A DNA stretch of 64,000 nt. Origin: Schmidtea polychroa (taxonomy: Eukaryota). Location of the stretch: positions 15,128,001-15,192,000 of the forward strand of contig CM097885.1 in the NCBI GenBank assembly GCA_044892525.1, read 5' to 3'. Shown here one piece after another: positions 1-14,070 of this stretch. Under the pieces are notes generated by a model. The model was not told where the DNA came from, searched no databases, and saw only the letters and a program-made list of their open reading frames with translations. Each line of letters begins with the position of its first letter. The stretch's first letter is position 1. The translations under genes were made by a program, and so were the position numbers.

Positions 1-805
1 ATGCTTTATCAAATGATCAAAGTTTGTTTCTTGAGAGCCATTTAACTGCTTGATCTCTATTTTGAAAAAACTGAATTACATCTCAATTTTTAAACAATTT
101 GGTTTTTTTTTGGCAACAGGTTCAGTGTCTGAGTCTGAAATATCTTCATCAGAATGGTATTGGTCCAATTCCTGGAATTCACTGCTGTTGTTCATTTTGC
201 TCATTATTATATGTTATACAAAAATATAAAGCGCAAACTCGTCTTTTCCTCAAGTAGTTAAAACAAGTTTGAAAGTAATAATTAATATTAAGATTGATTT
301 TTGTTTTTAAATTTAATTTAATTCTCTTTGATAATTAATTTATCTGCCCTATTTAATTTTTTTCGAGTTAATTAAATTAATTTGTGTGCCCAATTAATAA
401 ATCCATGAGCACAGCAATTTCTTGAAGTAAAATAATTAATTAATGATTACATATTATAAATCCATGGGCACAATCAAGTAATCATTAGCACAGTAATGTT
501 TATTTTTTGAGCACATTTAATAATACCCCTAATAATACAGAATATCAAATAAACATTTTGTAGTACAATTAACATTTTTTGGATATATTTCTGATAAATT
601 TAGAAAAGTGCATTAATATGAAATGCTTTTATTAGAAGATTTATAATACTAAGTTTTTAAGAATATTAATAAACAGTAATTTTCAAATATATGTATATAT
701 TACAAATTAAAATAATTTGATTTCATGTAAATTATAAATACTCGTCATTTGCCCAATTTAATTAGACTTTAAATGTAAATTTCATTTAACAAAAAAATGT
801 TTAAA

Positions 806-997
806 NNNNNNNNNNNNNNNNNNNNNNNNNNNNNNNNNNNNNNNNNNNNNNNNNNNNNNNNNNNNNNNNNNNNNNNNNNNNNNNNNNNNNNNNNNNNNNN
901 NNNNNNNNNNNNNNNNNNNNNNNNNNNNNNNNNNNNNNNNNNNNNNNNNNNNNNNNNNNNNNNNNNNNNNNNNNNNNNNNNNNNNNNNNNNNNNNNN
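806..997. other. Assembly gap (others at 27688-27932, 29328-29490, 35768-35980)
   Basis: Runs of N. Confidence 1.
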
Positions 998-1164
998 AAT
1001 ATTAATAAAAAACATTTATAACACAAAAAAAACCAAAATTCATCAATTATTAAGTAAGTTATTTATTAGTAATAAAATAATTTCAAAATAATGACTGGTT
1101 TATACTCATAATTTAAAGCCTCCAGGACTTCAAAATTCATATAAATTTATTGTATAACTTAGAG

Positions 1165-3365
1165 CAGTGTTTCTCAAACTATGGGTCGCGAAAGAATTTT
1201 TGGTGGGTCGCGATGACTTATGGAAAGATCTACAAATATAAATTTTGGAAGTTTAAGCCTTTTAAATTTATTTATATAAATTAATATTTAGAACGCTTAT
1301 TATTTTCTTAAATATTGTTATTTTGATTTTTTAATAATAAGAGTTAATTTCAAAAAATTTCGATTTAAGCCATTTAAAGTTGAGCAGGGGTCATTGCAAA
1401 GTGAAAAAATTTGAAAAATTTCTATCCATCCATCTCATTTTGTTTCAATAATCTTAAAATGAAATCTCCAAGCTTGTCTAATTCAAACCAAAAACCGCAA
1501 ATCGTAATTTTAATGAAAATTTCATAGACTTTGGGTTTTGTAATAATGGAAATAAACCTCAGTGTGTAATTTGTGGAGTTACTTTATCATCAGAATCATT
1601 AAAACCAAGTAAACTAAAACGACATTTAGAAACAAATCATCCTGATTATGTTAATTCTCCAAGAAGTATTTTTGAAGAAAAGAAAAAGTTATTGACGAAT
1701 CAAAAAAATGCAATATTGAAATTTACTTCGAAAAATGAAACATCAACATTAGCATCATATACTATTGCTTATGAAATCGCTAAACATATGAAGAGCCATA
1801 ATATTGCTGAATCTTTTTTAATGCCTACAATGAAAAAAATTTCATCAATAATGTTTAGTGAAAAAGAATCGGAAAAATTAAATGACATAGCTGTATCTAA
1901 TGATACTATTCGTAGAAGAATAAGTGATATTTCTGCTGATTTATCTGAACAAATTTTAATTGATATTAGAAAATCTCCATACTTTGCAATCCAACTTGAC
2001 GAATCAACTGATATTTCTAATCAATCTAATCTGCTAGTCTTTGCTAGATATATTTGCAATGAATATATTGTGGAAAATTTTCTTTTTCATGAAAATTTTG
2101 CGTCAAATACAAAGGAATTGATATATTTAGATTATTAAATGAATACTTCGAAAAAAATCAGTTAAATTGGAATCAATGTATTGAAGTTTGTACGGATGGA
2201 GCTTCGTCGTGTACAGGGAAAAATGTTGGATTGATGAAATTTATAAGAGAAAAATCACCAAATATTGAATGGAATCATTGCATAATTCATAGAGAAGCAT
2301 TGGTGGCCAAAGATTTATCTCAAGAATTGGACATTGTTATGAATGATATTATAAAAATTGTAAATTTTATAAAATCAAGTCCATTAAAATCACGACTTTT
2401 CAAGTTGCTTTGTAGTGAAATGAATTCTGAATACGAAAATTTATTATATTACAGCAATGTGCGCTGGTTATCAAGAGGAAAAGTGCTTAATCGATTGTTT
2501 GATTTGAAAAATGAAGTTGAACTTTTTTTGCAGTGTGAAAACCAGAACTAGCAACCAAATTTAATGATTTCTTCTGGATTTTGAAATTTGCGTATCTTTG
2601 TGATATATTTGAAAAACTAAATCAACTAAACTTACAACTTCAGGGCTCTGAAAAAACAATTATTGAATCATTTTCTTCATTAAAGGGGTTTATTAACAAA
2701 ATATATTTTTGGAAAGAATGTATTGTTAAAAACGACTTCAATATTTTTCCAAAACTTTCTCAAGAATTGAAAAATTGTGAAAATTCTGATAACATCAAAA
2801 TTATAATTTTTAATCATTTGGATGCTTTGATTGTTAAATTCAATGATTATTTTCATAGTCTATTTTCAAAAGAAACTATTGTTTTGCTTATTTCAAATCC
2901 TTTTAGTACAGAAATTTTATCAACAAAATTTTCTTTAAAAAACGAATTTATCGAAGAAATAATTGATTTAAATTCAGATATTAATATGAAAAAATTTTTT
3001 CATGAAGTTGATTTGTTGAAATTTTGGTGCAATATATCAGAAAAATATTATAACTTGAAAGATTTAGCTATGAAAATTCTTATTCCATTTACATCTACAT
3101 GGCTTTGTGAATCTGGATTTAGTAAATTGGTTCAAATAAAGACAAAGCAAAGAAACCAACTCAATATTTCAAACGATCTTCGAATATGTTTGAGTAAAAA
3201 TTATTCACCAAGGATGTCAAAAATACTTGAACTTAAGCAACTACATTCATCTCATTAAATAAACATTTATTTTAAAATTAATCTTTGTCATGTGGGTCGC
3301 AATAAAATTTTTGGCATGAAATGTCAAAAATTTGGGTCGTGATCAAAAAAGTTTGAGAACCACTG
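1165..3365 (+). mobile_element. hAT DNA transposon (Buster/Charlie-like), full length
   Basis: TIRs CAGTGTTTCTCAAACT (1165) and AGTTTGAGAACCACTG (ends 3365), 15/16 match; identical 8-bp TSD ACTTAGAG at 1157-1164 and 3366-3373 with central TA typical of Buster. Confidence 0.95.
1500..3258 (+). pseudogene. Buster-type hAT transposase, frameshifted into 3-4 pieces
   Basis: BED-like finger PQCVICG...KLKRHLETNH near 1560-1640; FAIQLDESTD, WNHCIIHREAL, VRWLSRG and C-terminal FTSTWLCESGFS motifs in ORFs 1692-2138, 2231-2551 and 2581-3258. Confidence 0.9.
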
Positions 3366-3504
3366 ACTTAGAGTATTGTTCATTATATACAAAACATAAA
3401 CATATAATTTTAAATTATAACACCATTCTGAGTTCAAATACTTTTAAAAAGTATATCAGCTACTAATGGTTATATAATAACTATGGTGATCAGAATACGA
3501 TATA

Positions 3505-4060
3505 CAGTAAAACCTCCATATAAAGTACACCTTATTTGCAAACTATTCTTCTGCGGGTACTTATAAGAGAAATATTGAAAAATAAAAAAGTTTGATACAC
3601 AATATTCAATAAAAATTGTGGGTTTTATATATAGTAAATGTCGTGTAGTTTAAAATTCCAGCAAATAAATTGTTTCAGTCATGAAAAAAGAGATAAAAAT
3701 TAAATATAAAGGATACAACAATTATTTTTTAATTAAGAATTCATCAAGTTTTGCTTGCCTTTTGTTTTCTCTTGCACTTTTCTTACTTTCTCATTAAACT
3801 GCAATAAGTGAATCTCTGTTTCAATTAATCCCTTGGTTTTAGCATAAGTAACAAGTTTTGAAATCATTTGCATTGGTTTACAATTAGTTATGATTTGAAC
3901 TTTTTCATCTTTCTCTTGTTTCTCTTTTTCTAACTTATCATTCTTACTCTCAATTTCTTTATCATCTTGATTAGTTAGATAATCATCTAATATGGCATCA
4001 AGAATCTCATTATCGTTAGGAATATTACGGGGCTCGTACACTTCTTCTTTGAAAACAACA
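3505..4060 (-). mobile_element. Tigger/pogo-like 3' remnant
   Basis: TA|CAGTAAAACCTC terminus at 3505; acidic/basic C-terminal-type ORF 3733-4041; no catalytic motif seen. Confidence 0.35.
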
Positions 4061-6405
4061 TCATTGGGGTAAGTCCAATCATTTTAGCTGATCTATTTAT
4101 TTCCCTGATTTCATATTTAACCTTTTAATAATATTATAAATATATTTCACTAATAAACCTCTAAATAAAATTTTAAAGATTATGAAAAAATATTAGATAT
4201 TTAAAACAAGTATATTGATATTCTTTCTATTGAGTTAGTTAATATTTTTTTAAATTATATAAATAGAAATGTACATTGTATAGTTAATACCCCTTTAAAA
4301 TAAAAATGTGGCTCATTTGCATTTTTTTAGTTTTAAGAGAGCTGTGCTTTTTACAAAAGTTGGGGACAAATGTACTTACTTATTAATACAATTTTATTAT
4401 ATAATTACCGTTAACTTATTGCTTGACATATTTCTGCTGATATTCAAGGATATCGGAGACGAGAAGAAATATATTGAAATATAATTAAAAGAATTTCATT
4501 AATAAGGATATAGTTCATGAAGTCCTCTCTCAGATTAAACAGACCAATTTTTTTAAATCGCTACTGAACAATAACAAAATGATTCCAAACCAAATTAGGG
4601 ATTTCAAAGTATCTGATCATTCGTATACATACCAAACCTTTTACAGTTTTCACCATTTTACACAATTTTTTAAAAATAATTTATCGTTCTTTATTTAATC
4701 TTACACGGTTTTCGGATAACATGGAACTTGTTCCCAATTTCAATATAGGAAAATTATCTACTTTTGCACATATTTTACAGAAATATTCATTTATTTATAC
4801 ATTTTTATTTTTCTAAAATTCTATTATTAAACATTTTGCCTGACTTTTACATTCTGTTTCCCAACGAAATACTTAATAATTGCTCATCAGTATCTGAATA
4901 ATCAAAAATATAATTAAAATAAATGTGCAAGCTTTTTTTCGCTGTTTACATTATTTGAAAATCTTTAACAACAAAATAGCTTCTCTTCATTTAAAACAAA
5001 ATTTTGCCGATTTCCTTATCACTTCGATCGAAAGCATTTAGAACCAAGAAACTATGGAACTTACCTAACCAGGTGTGATGAAGCAGTTAAGTAATAATAA
5101 GAAATTACTGGTTTCTTAAGGAGATTTAAATAAAATTAATTTTCGATGATATATTAAGTTTAAGTAACAATACGTCAAAATAGATGTACTGATGAGTGGA
5201 ATATAATTATTAAATGTGTGACTACAGCACATGCATCATTGGGATAAATAATAAACAATCATGTAATCTGAGGACCCAGGCAATTATGATAAATAGTCAA
5301 ACATGCAGACATTCATATACAGTAATTACATCGTGTATAGTATGGTGCATCGATACTAAGTATGGTACACATGATACTAAGTTATTTAATTTATTTAAAA
5401 TATAAAATTACCATGGGGCAATGAATAGTATATTTCATTTAAGATAGTGATGTTCATAAAGTTTTACATTTATTTTAATCAAATATGAAAATAAATCACC
5501 AATTGCGGTTTCAAATTCTGTCAAAGTTATTTTAGAAGCCTTGTTTATGAAAACGTTATAATTACTCTAGGTACCTAAAATTAATGTTCACATAAGTCAC
5601 ATAAATTTCTAACATGATAAACACATTTTGTTTCAGCTTTGAAAATTTAATAAAAACTGTTTTATTAATAAGATGACAAATGATAAATTTGCACATAAAT
5701 TTCATTTCAATTACAGCTTCTTTAGGGTTCTTTAAATTATATTGACATATCCTTGATATATCCATTCCTTTCACTTAATCTTGAATGACTTAAAACACAC
5801 GGATTGAAGATATATTTATATATTCGATAAAGGTTTATTATCAAAACATATCAAAATAATTTTGAGAATTTCATGAGAAATCGGATTAGAATGACATATT
5901 GATAAGAATACACAGATTTATAATATTAATATATAACATTTTATGCCTTTGGAATTCTTATAGAGAAATACCAAAATAGCTTGATAACTAGAGCTGTCCA
6001 AAACAATAACCAATTGCGAATAGCGATTATATAGGCGAGATTTCAAAATATGTTTTATTCATCGGCAAATGTTGCAAAATGCGTTATCCTAGGTCTAGGA
6101 TAGACAATCCTCCCAGCTTAACTGCAAGGGGTCTCCACGTTTAAATCTTGTTTTTGATCTGATCTTCAATTTTTCCATCTGGTGGTACAATAAAAATAAT
6201 TTTTGAAAACCGTGGCTATATAGTATGATAATACTAACAAGTTTTGTCTAATTTAGGATATCTTGACTGAATTGTTAGTAGTGCATTCAAAATTTAAAAC
6301 TTTTAGTTATTTGAGAAAATATGACTTATTTCTGATAATTAATATTCAATATTATTAAGCCCACATTTTGTTATTTCCAATTTCTTCTTTCCCATTTGTA
6401 TAAAA

Positions 6406-6408
<3 letters not shown>

Positions 6409-6493
<85 letters not shown>
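6409..6493. repeat. (ATT)n microsatellite, about 28 units
   Basis: Direct reading of sequence. Confidence 0.99.
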
Positions 6494-6496
<3 letters not shown>

Positions 6497-7989
6497 CGCC
6501 AACTAAGTATGTTAAAATATAACATTGCTATATATTTCGACCGTTTAACAGTCTCCTTCAGGCTAGGAATAGTATTATTAACAACAAAATGAAAATAATA
6601 ATATTCAAACAAATTAAAGAATAATAATCGTAATCAAACTGTATCAAAAAGATATTTTAATAAAATTTTAAAAACCATTTTTTTAATCATATAGAAATTA
6701 TTTTAATTTTCAAAAACGCACAAAATTGTTAATATTCTCGTACAAAAAATGTAACTAACAATTTTTAATTTTTAAATTTTAAATTTTTTTTTATATTAAT
6801 TTAAAAATTTTTTTATTTAATTATCATTATTATTTATTTTTATTATTATTCTAAGTATAATAATAAAAAATAATGAAGTGTTTCTATTAGAGCCACAGGT
6901 TTTTTATTTGGTGCCTCGAAAAAGTACAGAATTTGTGCTTCCAATTACATATACTCACTTTTCTAGAGATTTAAGAATCACTTGAAAAAGGCTGTGCCGA
7001 AAATTCGTGAATATAAAAAATCGATATCTTTATTGATTCATTGTCAATTATTTTATAAATACAATTTTTTATAAATTGAAATGAAATCGGAGTTGAAAAT
7101 CGAAAGTTCTTATGATTTGAGATAAAGTTTTAGCTAAACTTTGTTTGATAAATTGAATTGCATTTCTATTTCAATATTCTATTAAACATATGAGTAGCAC
7201 TGGAGGCGGAGACTTGATAAATGAGGACCATATAATTCACAACTATTTTTCTTAATAAAATCATAAGTGCATTTGTCGGATATTTTTATCATAGACTAGG
7301 TCACTAAGCTACGGTTAATACTGGTGTATCCACAATGTAGAAAGTTAAGTGAGTATCTATATGATGTCCGTACGTATTCCAGAAAAATTGCTCTCTTTTA
7401 CACAGTCGACACGATCTAAGAGTGGCTGACCACAAAGGCATTTATTGATCGTCTGTCATTTATCTAAGGTTTTGTTTTTTGATCTCACATTTCCAATACT
7501 CCAAAAACGGAGTAGATCACTTTCATAGCATGTACATGGCATAAGGTCTCTGAAAAGATTTAGGCCAAATCTCATAATATAGGCAGGTTGATTACTAATT
7601 TGAAAAATATCCATCAAAATGGTGGTAAAATTAATGAAATCCAAAGGTATTTTGTATTTTACAAATTTTATTAACAAATTTAGTTATTGTTAACAAGTAA
7701 ATATTGAATAATTAACTCCGGATGACATATTTCCATTACTCAGGGCATAATATTTGTCCCAACTCCCATTATGTACATTTCTAAATAATACTTCTATTCC
7801 ACATAAACCTGATTTTTTAAACACGATATATTTTACTAATTATAGTAACATAAAATCGAAGTTTATAATTAAGAATGTAGAATCTTGACTGCGTCTCCTC
7901 TTGCCCAATGACTTTATGGCTTTCAGATATAATTAGCTAACATTTATCGCTGATTGACATCCATAGTTCATCAACATTTCTTGATTTGA

Positions 7990-8420
7990 TTTTTTGATAT
8001 TGTCTGTTTGAGGAATTGAAGAAGCCTAGGTGGTTGACATTTAGTTCAGGAGACTGTAAGTGCTGGTCTACAGTGGTAATAGTTAAATAGTATTGTTATT
8101 GAAATCACTCAACCTTTCAACGTTCTTCTTTCCAGCACGTAGACGAGCATTGTCCATTTGAATAGTCACATTAATGCACCGGTGCATCTTGTTACAAACT
8201 GCTGAAATAACTTTATTGGTTAATAATTCGTAGGAATATTCTGTATATTGTAATTTTTCGAAGAATGCTGGACTTTAACATCTTTTAAAATCATCCAGGT
8301 GCCTATTAATCGCTCAACATCGACATCTTTAAAAGATGGTTAAGAATCTTATTGTGATTCTATTGCAGCTTAGGATATGGTACAATTTATTTGAATGAAT
8401 GTTCTTCGTTGAAATGGTTT
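7990..8420 (-). pseudogene. Degraded mariner-like (DD39D-type) transposase remnant
   Basis: Minus-strand fragments KVISAVCNKM, IQMDNAR and QSPELNVNHLGFF resemble IQxDNAxPH and QPPNSPDLNVLDLGFF; stops and frameshifts present. Confidence 0.5.
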
Positions 8421-8719
8421 GAATTTTGTAAAAAGAAACTATTTAAGATCGTTTGATTACATTGGTCTACAGAAACTTTTTTGGTCTGGTGTCTAATATT
8501 TTTCAACTGATTTATAGCAATTTGGCAAAGCTGAATCCAAGAATGATGCCCATTTTTCTGTATCCGGTCATGTTTTTCTGCTTACTGAATTTTAAAGAAA
8601 TCATTAGAAAATAGGAAATCAGACTTCTCATTTCAACAAGAAGTTTGTATTTCTTAACATATTATATCAAAAAGTTACAGAAACTGATGTTTTTCAGCAT
8701 CATTATTACAAATTCATGG

Positions 8720-8840
8720 CTTGAACTTGAGTTTCTTGGACGTTTCTTTTCAAGGTCCAGCAGTAATCTACCATCATTACTGCATCCCAACGCCACTGAT
8801 ACTCTGTCTCCATCTCTTTCAGGTCTTGATAGAACCTCAT
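8720..8840 (-). pseudogene. DNA transposase C-terminal fragment (probably Chapaev3/CMC-type)
   Basis: Minus strand reads RFYQDLKEMETEYQWRWDAVMMVDYCWTLKR, matching the GERFHQDIxxMExRYQGxWxxxMMADYCWxLKR motif; family assignment from memory. Confidence 0.5.
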
Positions 8841-9049
8841 TGATGATGTTCCTTGCACGGCAGGGCAGTAATTCTTCCGTTATTTTTTATTCTTTTATTG
8901 TTACTGAGATGGATTGATGTTTTTCTCTGATTAAAAGATCTAAGGATATGGTACAATCAATAATTTGATCAAAATGTTAAAGAAGATTACTATATTATGA
9001 TGGGTAGGTACTTTAGTTATTGAACTTTTACTTGTTTGATAGAATATAT

Positions 9050-11010
9050 CGTAATCTTCTTCGTTTGATGTAAAGTAGCCGTGCGGATTATTCAATATTA
9101 AAAAACATCTGCAAAAGTTGTTCGGCGTTCCTTGATACGTAAAATCAATTCTTTTGATTCAATTGAATATTTAAACAGCTATTTTGTTGAGACAATTCAT
9201 CCAGCATAAATTTTAAAGTGATATCAGCACTAAATAGATTTGTGTCTCGACAACAAAGTGTTTCCACCACCACTTTAATGGGAAGCAGCGCTGACATTAT
9301 ACTTGATAATAAGTGACATTGTTCATCTGAAAAGCTAATATCTATGTTAAGGTCAATTAAACTTTTCCTTGTCATATTTTTAATTTGCTGAAATCGTTCG
9401 AGCACATTTAGTAAACTATTCCATCGTGATTTTGAATCTAATTTCAATTCATTTACTTTTCCAAATTCTGCCTTACATATTTTTGGAGAACACTATCATT
9501 TTTTTGTAAGTGATCTGCAAAAACATTTTACGGCCTTTCGTCTTTGTTCAACTAGCGAGTATATTTTTGAGTCCAATATTATCTTCCATGGGCGTACCAT
9601 TAATTATCTTAAAACCGTCATTTTCTTCACTTTCATCATCTTCATCATTATCTGGATTCTCATAATGTATGTTTTTTATAAAGGATTTTTATCGCAGCTA
9701 AGTATATGCTATGTGGTAGGTAAAGCTGATGGCCAGAATTTGCTAATTTTCCCACTTTCGTTATCACGGAAGCACCGTCCGTTTTATTTGAAATAATATT
9801 TTCAATAAAAAAATTAAATTAACGCAATTTTTCACCAAGTAGTTCAACGCACTTCTCTGCTGGCATCGATCCATACACTCGCGTTAAGTCAAGGTTCCAA
9901 AATATGTTATTCGCGTGAATATTAATATTCATATATCGGCGATTTTTAACCGACGTTCACTCCTCAAACGTCAAACTAAATCTTTCGCCGCGAACAGTTC
10001 GTGAAGATGACTCATTTATCATTTCATCACGTAATTTTTGGGAATACGATAAAACTATATTCTAATTGTGTTGGCAGATTTAGGAATTTGTTGATGACCT
10101 TTACTTTTTAAATAGCTCTCTCAAATCATATGACGTACAAAATGTTTTAACTACCAGGCTATCTTTGCTTGTGATCCGAGATATTATTGCAGGTAGAGAT
10201 TCATCAATGGTTTTGGTGGGAAATTTGATATTTTACCAGAAAAATTCGCTGGGGTTGATATTTTTACATTTTTTATTTTGCTTGAGCTCGAGGTTCCACA
10301 ATTTTGATCTCTTTTTAATAAATTCATGTTATGCTGTGTTCTCAGATGGCTACGTAAACCAGTAGTCGTGCCGCCTGAAGATTTTATGGTTTTCGAGCAA
10401 CCTTGGATTGTGCATATACCTGCATTTCCATCTTTAGTGCGGTTAAAATAATTCCACAGTGAATCTTTATTCTTATCATTTACATTTGTATTATTCACCA
10501 TGCCTTGAAAAATATCAACACGTATAATATATATTAAATTTTAAAAAAAATCGTTACCTTTTATAAAATTTACCAAAATGTAGGAGAAGTTCAAATTTAA
10601 CAATTTTACAAACAAACAATTTCAATTTTTTAAAAATAATCTAATAAATTACTAGTAGTAATCATTAAATTTCACAGTTTAAGTGTAAAAACAAAGCCTA
10701 CTGATGCAAACTATTGATATTTTTAATTTTGAAAAACCTTTTCAGAAATTGAAAAATGTGTGTTGGTTTATTTATCGATAATATTTAGGGGATTTATCGA
10801 TAATATTTCGGGGATTTATCGATAATATTTAGGGGATTTATCGATAATATTTAGGGGATTTATCGATAATATTTAGGGGATTTATCGATAATATTTAGGG
10901 GATTTATCGATAATATTTAGGGGATTTATCGATAATATTTAGGGGATTTATCGATAATTTTAAAATGATATTTTTGTCCGATTAATCGGTTTATCGATAT
11001 CGCAATCCTA
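9050..11010 (-). mobile_element. Degraded BED-finger hAT element
   Basis: BED finger LWNYF...C..C...HLRTQH (10184-10501); LDSKSRWNSLLNVLERF (9145-9447); terminus TAGGATTGCGATATCGATA ending at 11010; subterminal tandem repeats. Confidence 0.75.
10771..10958. repeat. 22-bp tandem repeat TTTATCGATAATATTTAGGGGA, 8 copies plus a partial (hAT subterminal)
   Basis: Direct reading; a single A>C variant in the second copy. Confidence 0.97.
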
Positions 11011-11674
11011 ATTGCTGCTTTCTCATACTATCACAATGTTTTCATTCACGATAAAAAGAATACAATTAAAACCATTTTCTAACAATATCGACACATATAG
11101 GCCGATTTATAGCATAATAAATGAACTGTTTATTTTAAAAGTACATAAAGTAAAGTTTTTAATTTCTTCAGACATTTATAATAATAAACAATATTGAACC
11201 GAAATAATAAATTTACATATATTTTACTACAAAACACACAAAAATTGGCTTTATTGAAACGCAAATCTTCAACCTTTTCGCGACGTGCTATTTTCCTATT
11301 AAATATGCTTACAAGACGGAAAGTTGCCGAGGTGCTCACTATGAAATAAGAACTATTACTGCCAGATTTATATATGACAAATGAAATAACCAGCAAGTTT
11401 AAACTTGCCCATAAACACAAATAAACATATCTAACACATAAAACGGAAGCGTCCGACATTTGTCACTTAAATATCATGAAATCGGATAAATACGGTCTTC
11501 GACTATTTGCCGCAATTTGTTTTCCACAGGAATATACGGTCTTTGACGCGAAAATATTAAACATCTCGTTATTACAAAGATGAACTTGGCGTACTTATTT
11601 CAAATTTATTTTTTATTTGAATAGAGCTTCATACAAATTGTATAGAAATTGATAATCGTAATTCACGTTTACAG

Positions 11675-11869
11675 ATACATTTTATGGAAGTTAGTGCTCA
11701 AAGTGGTGAAGGAGTAAATGAATTATATGAAAATTTAACATTGCGCATCTTAAATTCAATCCACAATCAAAGCAAAGCCACAACAATAAAAAAAGAAAGG
11801 CAATCAGTCAGACATAAATTAAGACCAAAAAGTATTCAGAAAAAAAAATCAAAATGCTGTAAAAAATGA
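11675..11869 (+). CDS. Last coding exon of a Rab-like small GTPase
   Basis: Acceptor TTTACAG at 11674, phase 0; reads IHFMEVSAQSGEGVNELY (G5 ExSA motif) and ends KSKCCKK* (di-Cys prenylation type); AATAAA near 12022; upstream exons not found in the window. Confidence 0.75.
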   Translation: MHFMEVSAQSGEGVNELYENLTLRILNSIHNQSKATTIKKERQSVRHKLRPKSIQKKKSKCCKK

Positions 11870-12034
11870 CTTTGTTTTTATATCGTCGACAACATTGATA
11901 TTATTTTTCAGAAAGAAATTGCTTTTGCCATTTGTTAGATTCTTATATATTCTATTATATTGTCTTTTTCTCTAAATACATTTTTCGGTGAGTTAATTTT
12001 TGTTTGAATGAACATGCTTGAATAAATTAATACA

Positions 12035-12760
12035 ATAGGGGCCGGCAAAATAAACTTCGTTCTTAGGTAAATTTTCTAAGACAGGTCATTGACAAGACTG
12101 GAAAGTTTAAGATTTAAATTTAAACAAATTGCTTAGAGTTAGTTAAATGATTTAGCATGAAAGATGAAGGCAAAACAATGCGACATAAATTTCTTTGTTG
12201 CAAATTTAACACAAAATAACTTTTCGGCTACCGAAATCCACCGCTTCCTTATCGAAAGTTTGGATGCAGAGAACGTTGCTAGCCTTCGGAGAGTACAATA
12301 GATTGTCATAGAGTATATAGGAGAACAGCGAAAACATTTTGAGCGAAAAGAAGGTTAAGGAAGACCAAGAACAAGCACTGCATAAAGGAATATCATAATT
12401 GTGCGTGAAGTGATTGAAGAAGATTGCCAATTAAGCTGTCCAGCAATTTCAAGAGTCACAGACATTGAAGATCCAAGTATTCGCAGCATATTGAAATAAG
12501 AACTTGGAAAGAAGTCCCTTTGCAGCAGATGGGCTCACTTGCTGTCAAGAAATGTTGAATGTCCATTCGGCAAGAATGGCTAAGGAAAAAGTCAATGTGA
12601 TCGATGAAAAATGGATTTGGCTAAAATTCCAATCTGATTAAGCGGTACCGCTGTACTATGGCATATTAGCAATTAACGTGTTGTTGAAAACCAAGTGCGT
12701 TCTCAATAGAGACCAGGTGGTTAGATCCAAAGGACTAAATATTGCAATACCATAAATAAT
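12035..12760 (+). mobile_element. Degraded mariner element
   Basis: Fragments resembling the mariner HTH (VREVIEED...LG.K.L.SRW) and DEKWI near 12600; many stops. Confidence 0.6.
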
Positions 12761-13445
12761 ATGAGTAGCGCCTATTGTGTATAACAAGGATATCACAGCT
12801 CCACAGGAATCCACATGTAGTTAATTGTTGAAAAATACAGCTGATTATCACGATCCATGACGGTGGCATAATTATTTAATAATATGCGACCCTTTAACAA
12901 CAAAACTAAGAGTGGTTACTAATAACTAAAACTCAAATGTCACGAGAAAGCAAATACAAAATATATACAGTAGAGCCTCGATTATCCGGATCAATTGTGG
13001 ATGAGGATAGTTTTATAATTGCTTAGTAGTAAAAAGTTTGTACCTTTAACAACACTCCACTCCAAAATGATGGTGATAAGGAATGTCTGGTAGAAGTTGA
13101 ATATATGGAGCCATGGCTGAGGGTGTGGCCGACAAACATTTGTAGACAATTGAAACAAAAGAAACAGGAATGTAGAAGGATTCTGAGGCGAGATAAAAAT
13201 GAATTTTAGTTGTGAGCAGTGATAGAGATAAGCGTACGGTAAGTGTGCCTCAAAGGCTGTATTGAAGTCATTTTTGAAACTATAAACAAAGAAAGAGGCT
13301 GAGAGATAATTTGAGGCGAGATAAGGAGAGTAGATAGATAGTAACACCCTGCACTGTGACTATCCGTTGAACGAACCCTCCCCTCACCCAGATTAAGTAA
13401 ATTAATCCCGATTACATAATTCAATTAAAATTAATTCGTCACATA

Positions 13446-14070
13446 CAGTGTACTTTCAATTATCCGTGCATGGATTATACGGTTAGCGCATTATTCGTGC
13501 CTGAAAATAAATATTTTTTAATTCAAATTTAATTTTATTGATTTTTTTCTATTACAATTATAGGATGCATTAATGATTTGCAATCTGGGATATGCGCGTT
13601 GTTTGAAAAAAATTATTTTTAATTTCTTTCTGTGTGATATTATTTTTATTGTTATATTTAATCTCAAAAATTCATATTTTAGCTCTACATATCTGAACCG
13701 CTTAAAAATAGAAAAAGAACGATTAACAAAAAAACGAAAGAAAATTATACGATAAAACAGAAACTTACATTAATTGAGAGATTCGAAAAGGGAAAATCCA
13801 CTTCAAAACTTTCCGAAGAGTATGGAATTGGTATTCAAACTGTTCAAGATATAGTCATACAAAAAAATAAGTTAGAAACGTTTGTTAGAGATTGTGATAG
13901 TTCTGCGGGTCGTTCGAAACGATAGAGTATGAAAATGTCGACATTCGAATATTTGGATGCAGCCATGCTAATATGGTTCAATAAAAAACGTGCAGAAGGA
14001 AAGCCAAATGTGCATCGAAGCAGCGTCACATTTCATGAGAGTCTAAGAATTAAAGAATGTTTCAACGCCT
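13446..14070 (+). mobile_element. Tigger/Jerky (pogo) 5' remnant with CENP-B-type HTH
   Basis: TA|CAGTGTACTTTCAATTATCCG terminus; KRKNYTIKQKLTLIERFEKGKSTSKLSEEYGIG...LDAAMLIWFNKKR read across a stop; a second pogo-type terminus CAGTAGAGCCTCGATTATCCG at 12968. Confidence 0.8.

Noticed and set aside
769-1026. ORFs made of X residues (also near 27680, 29261, 35722)
   Set aside because: Artefacts of N gaps
6355-6612. Poly-Ile ORF; also the hydrophobic ORFs 16685-16870, 31317-31670 and 35051-35257
   Set aside because: Translations of microsatellite or the antisense strand of low-complexity sequence
10771-10958. CRISPR array or telomeric repeat (contains TTAGGGG)
   Set aside because: No spacers, eukaryotic context, 22-bp period; explained as a hAT subterminal repeat
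13020-13430. CR1/L2-like 3' fragment on the minus strand
   Set aside because: Only vague similarity to WNSLP and TRGH-type motifs; not enough to call
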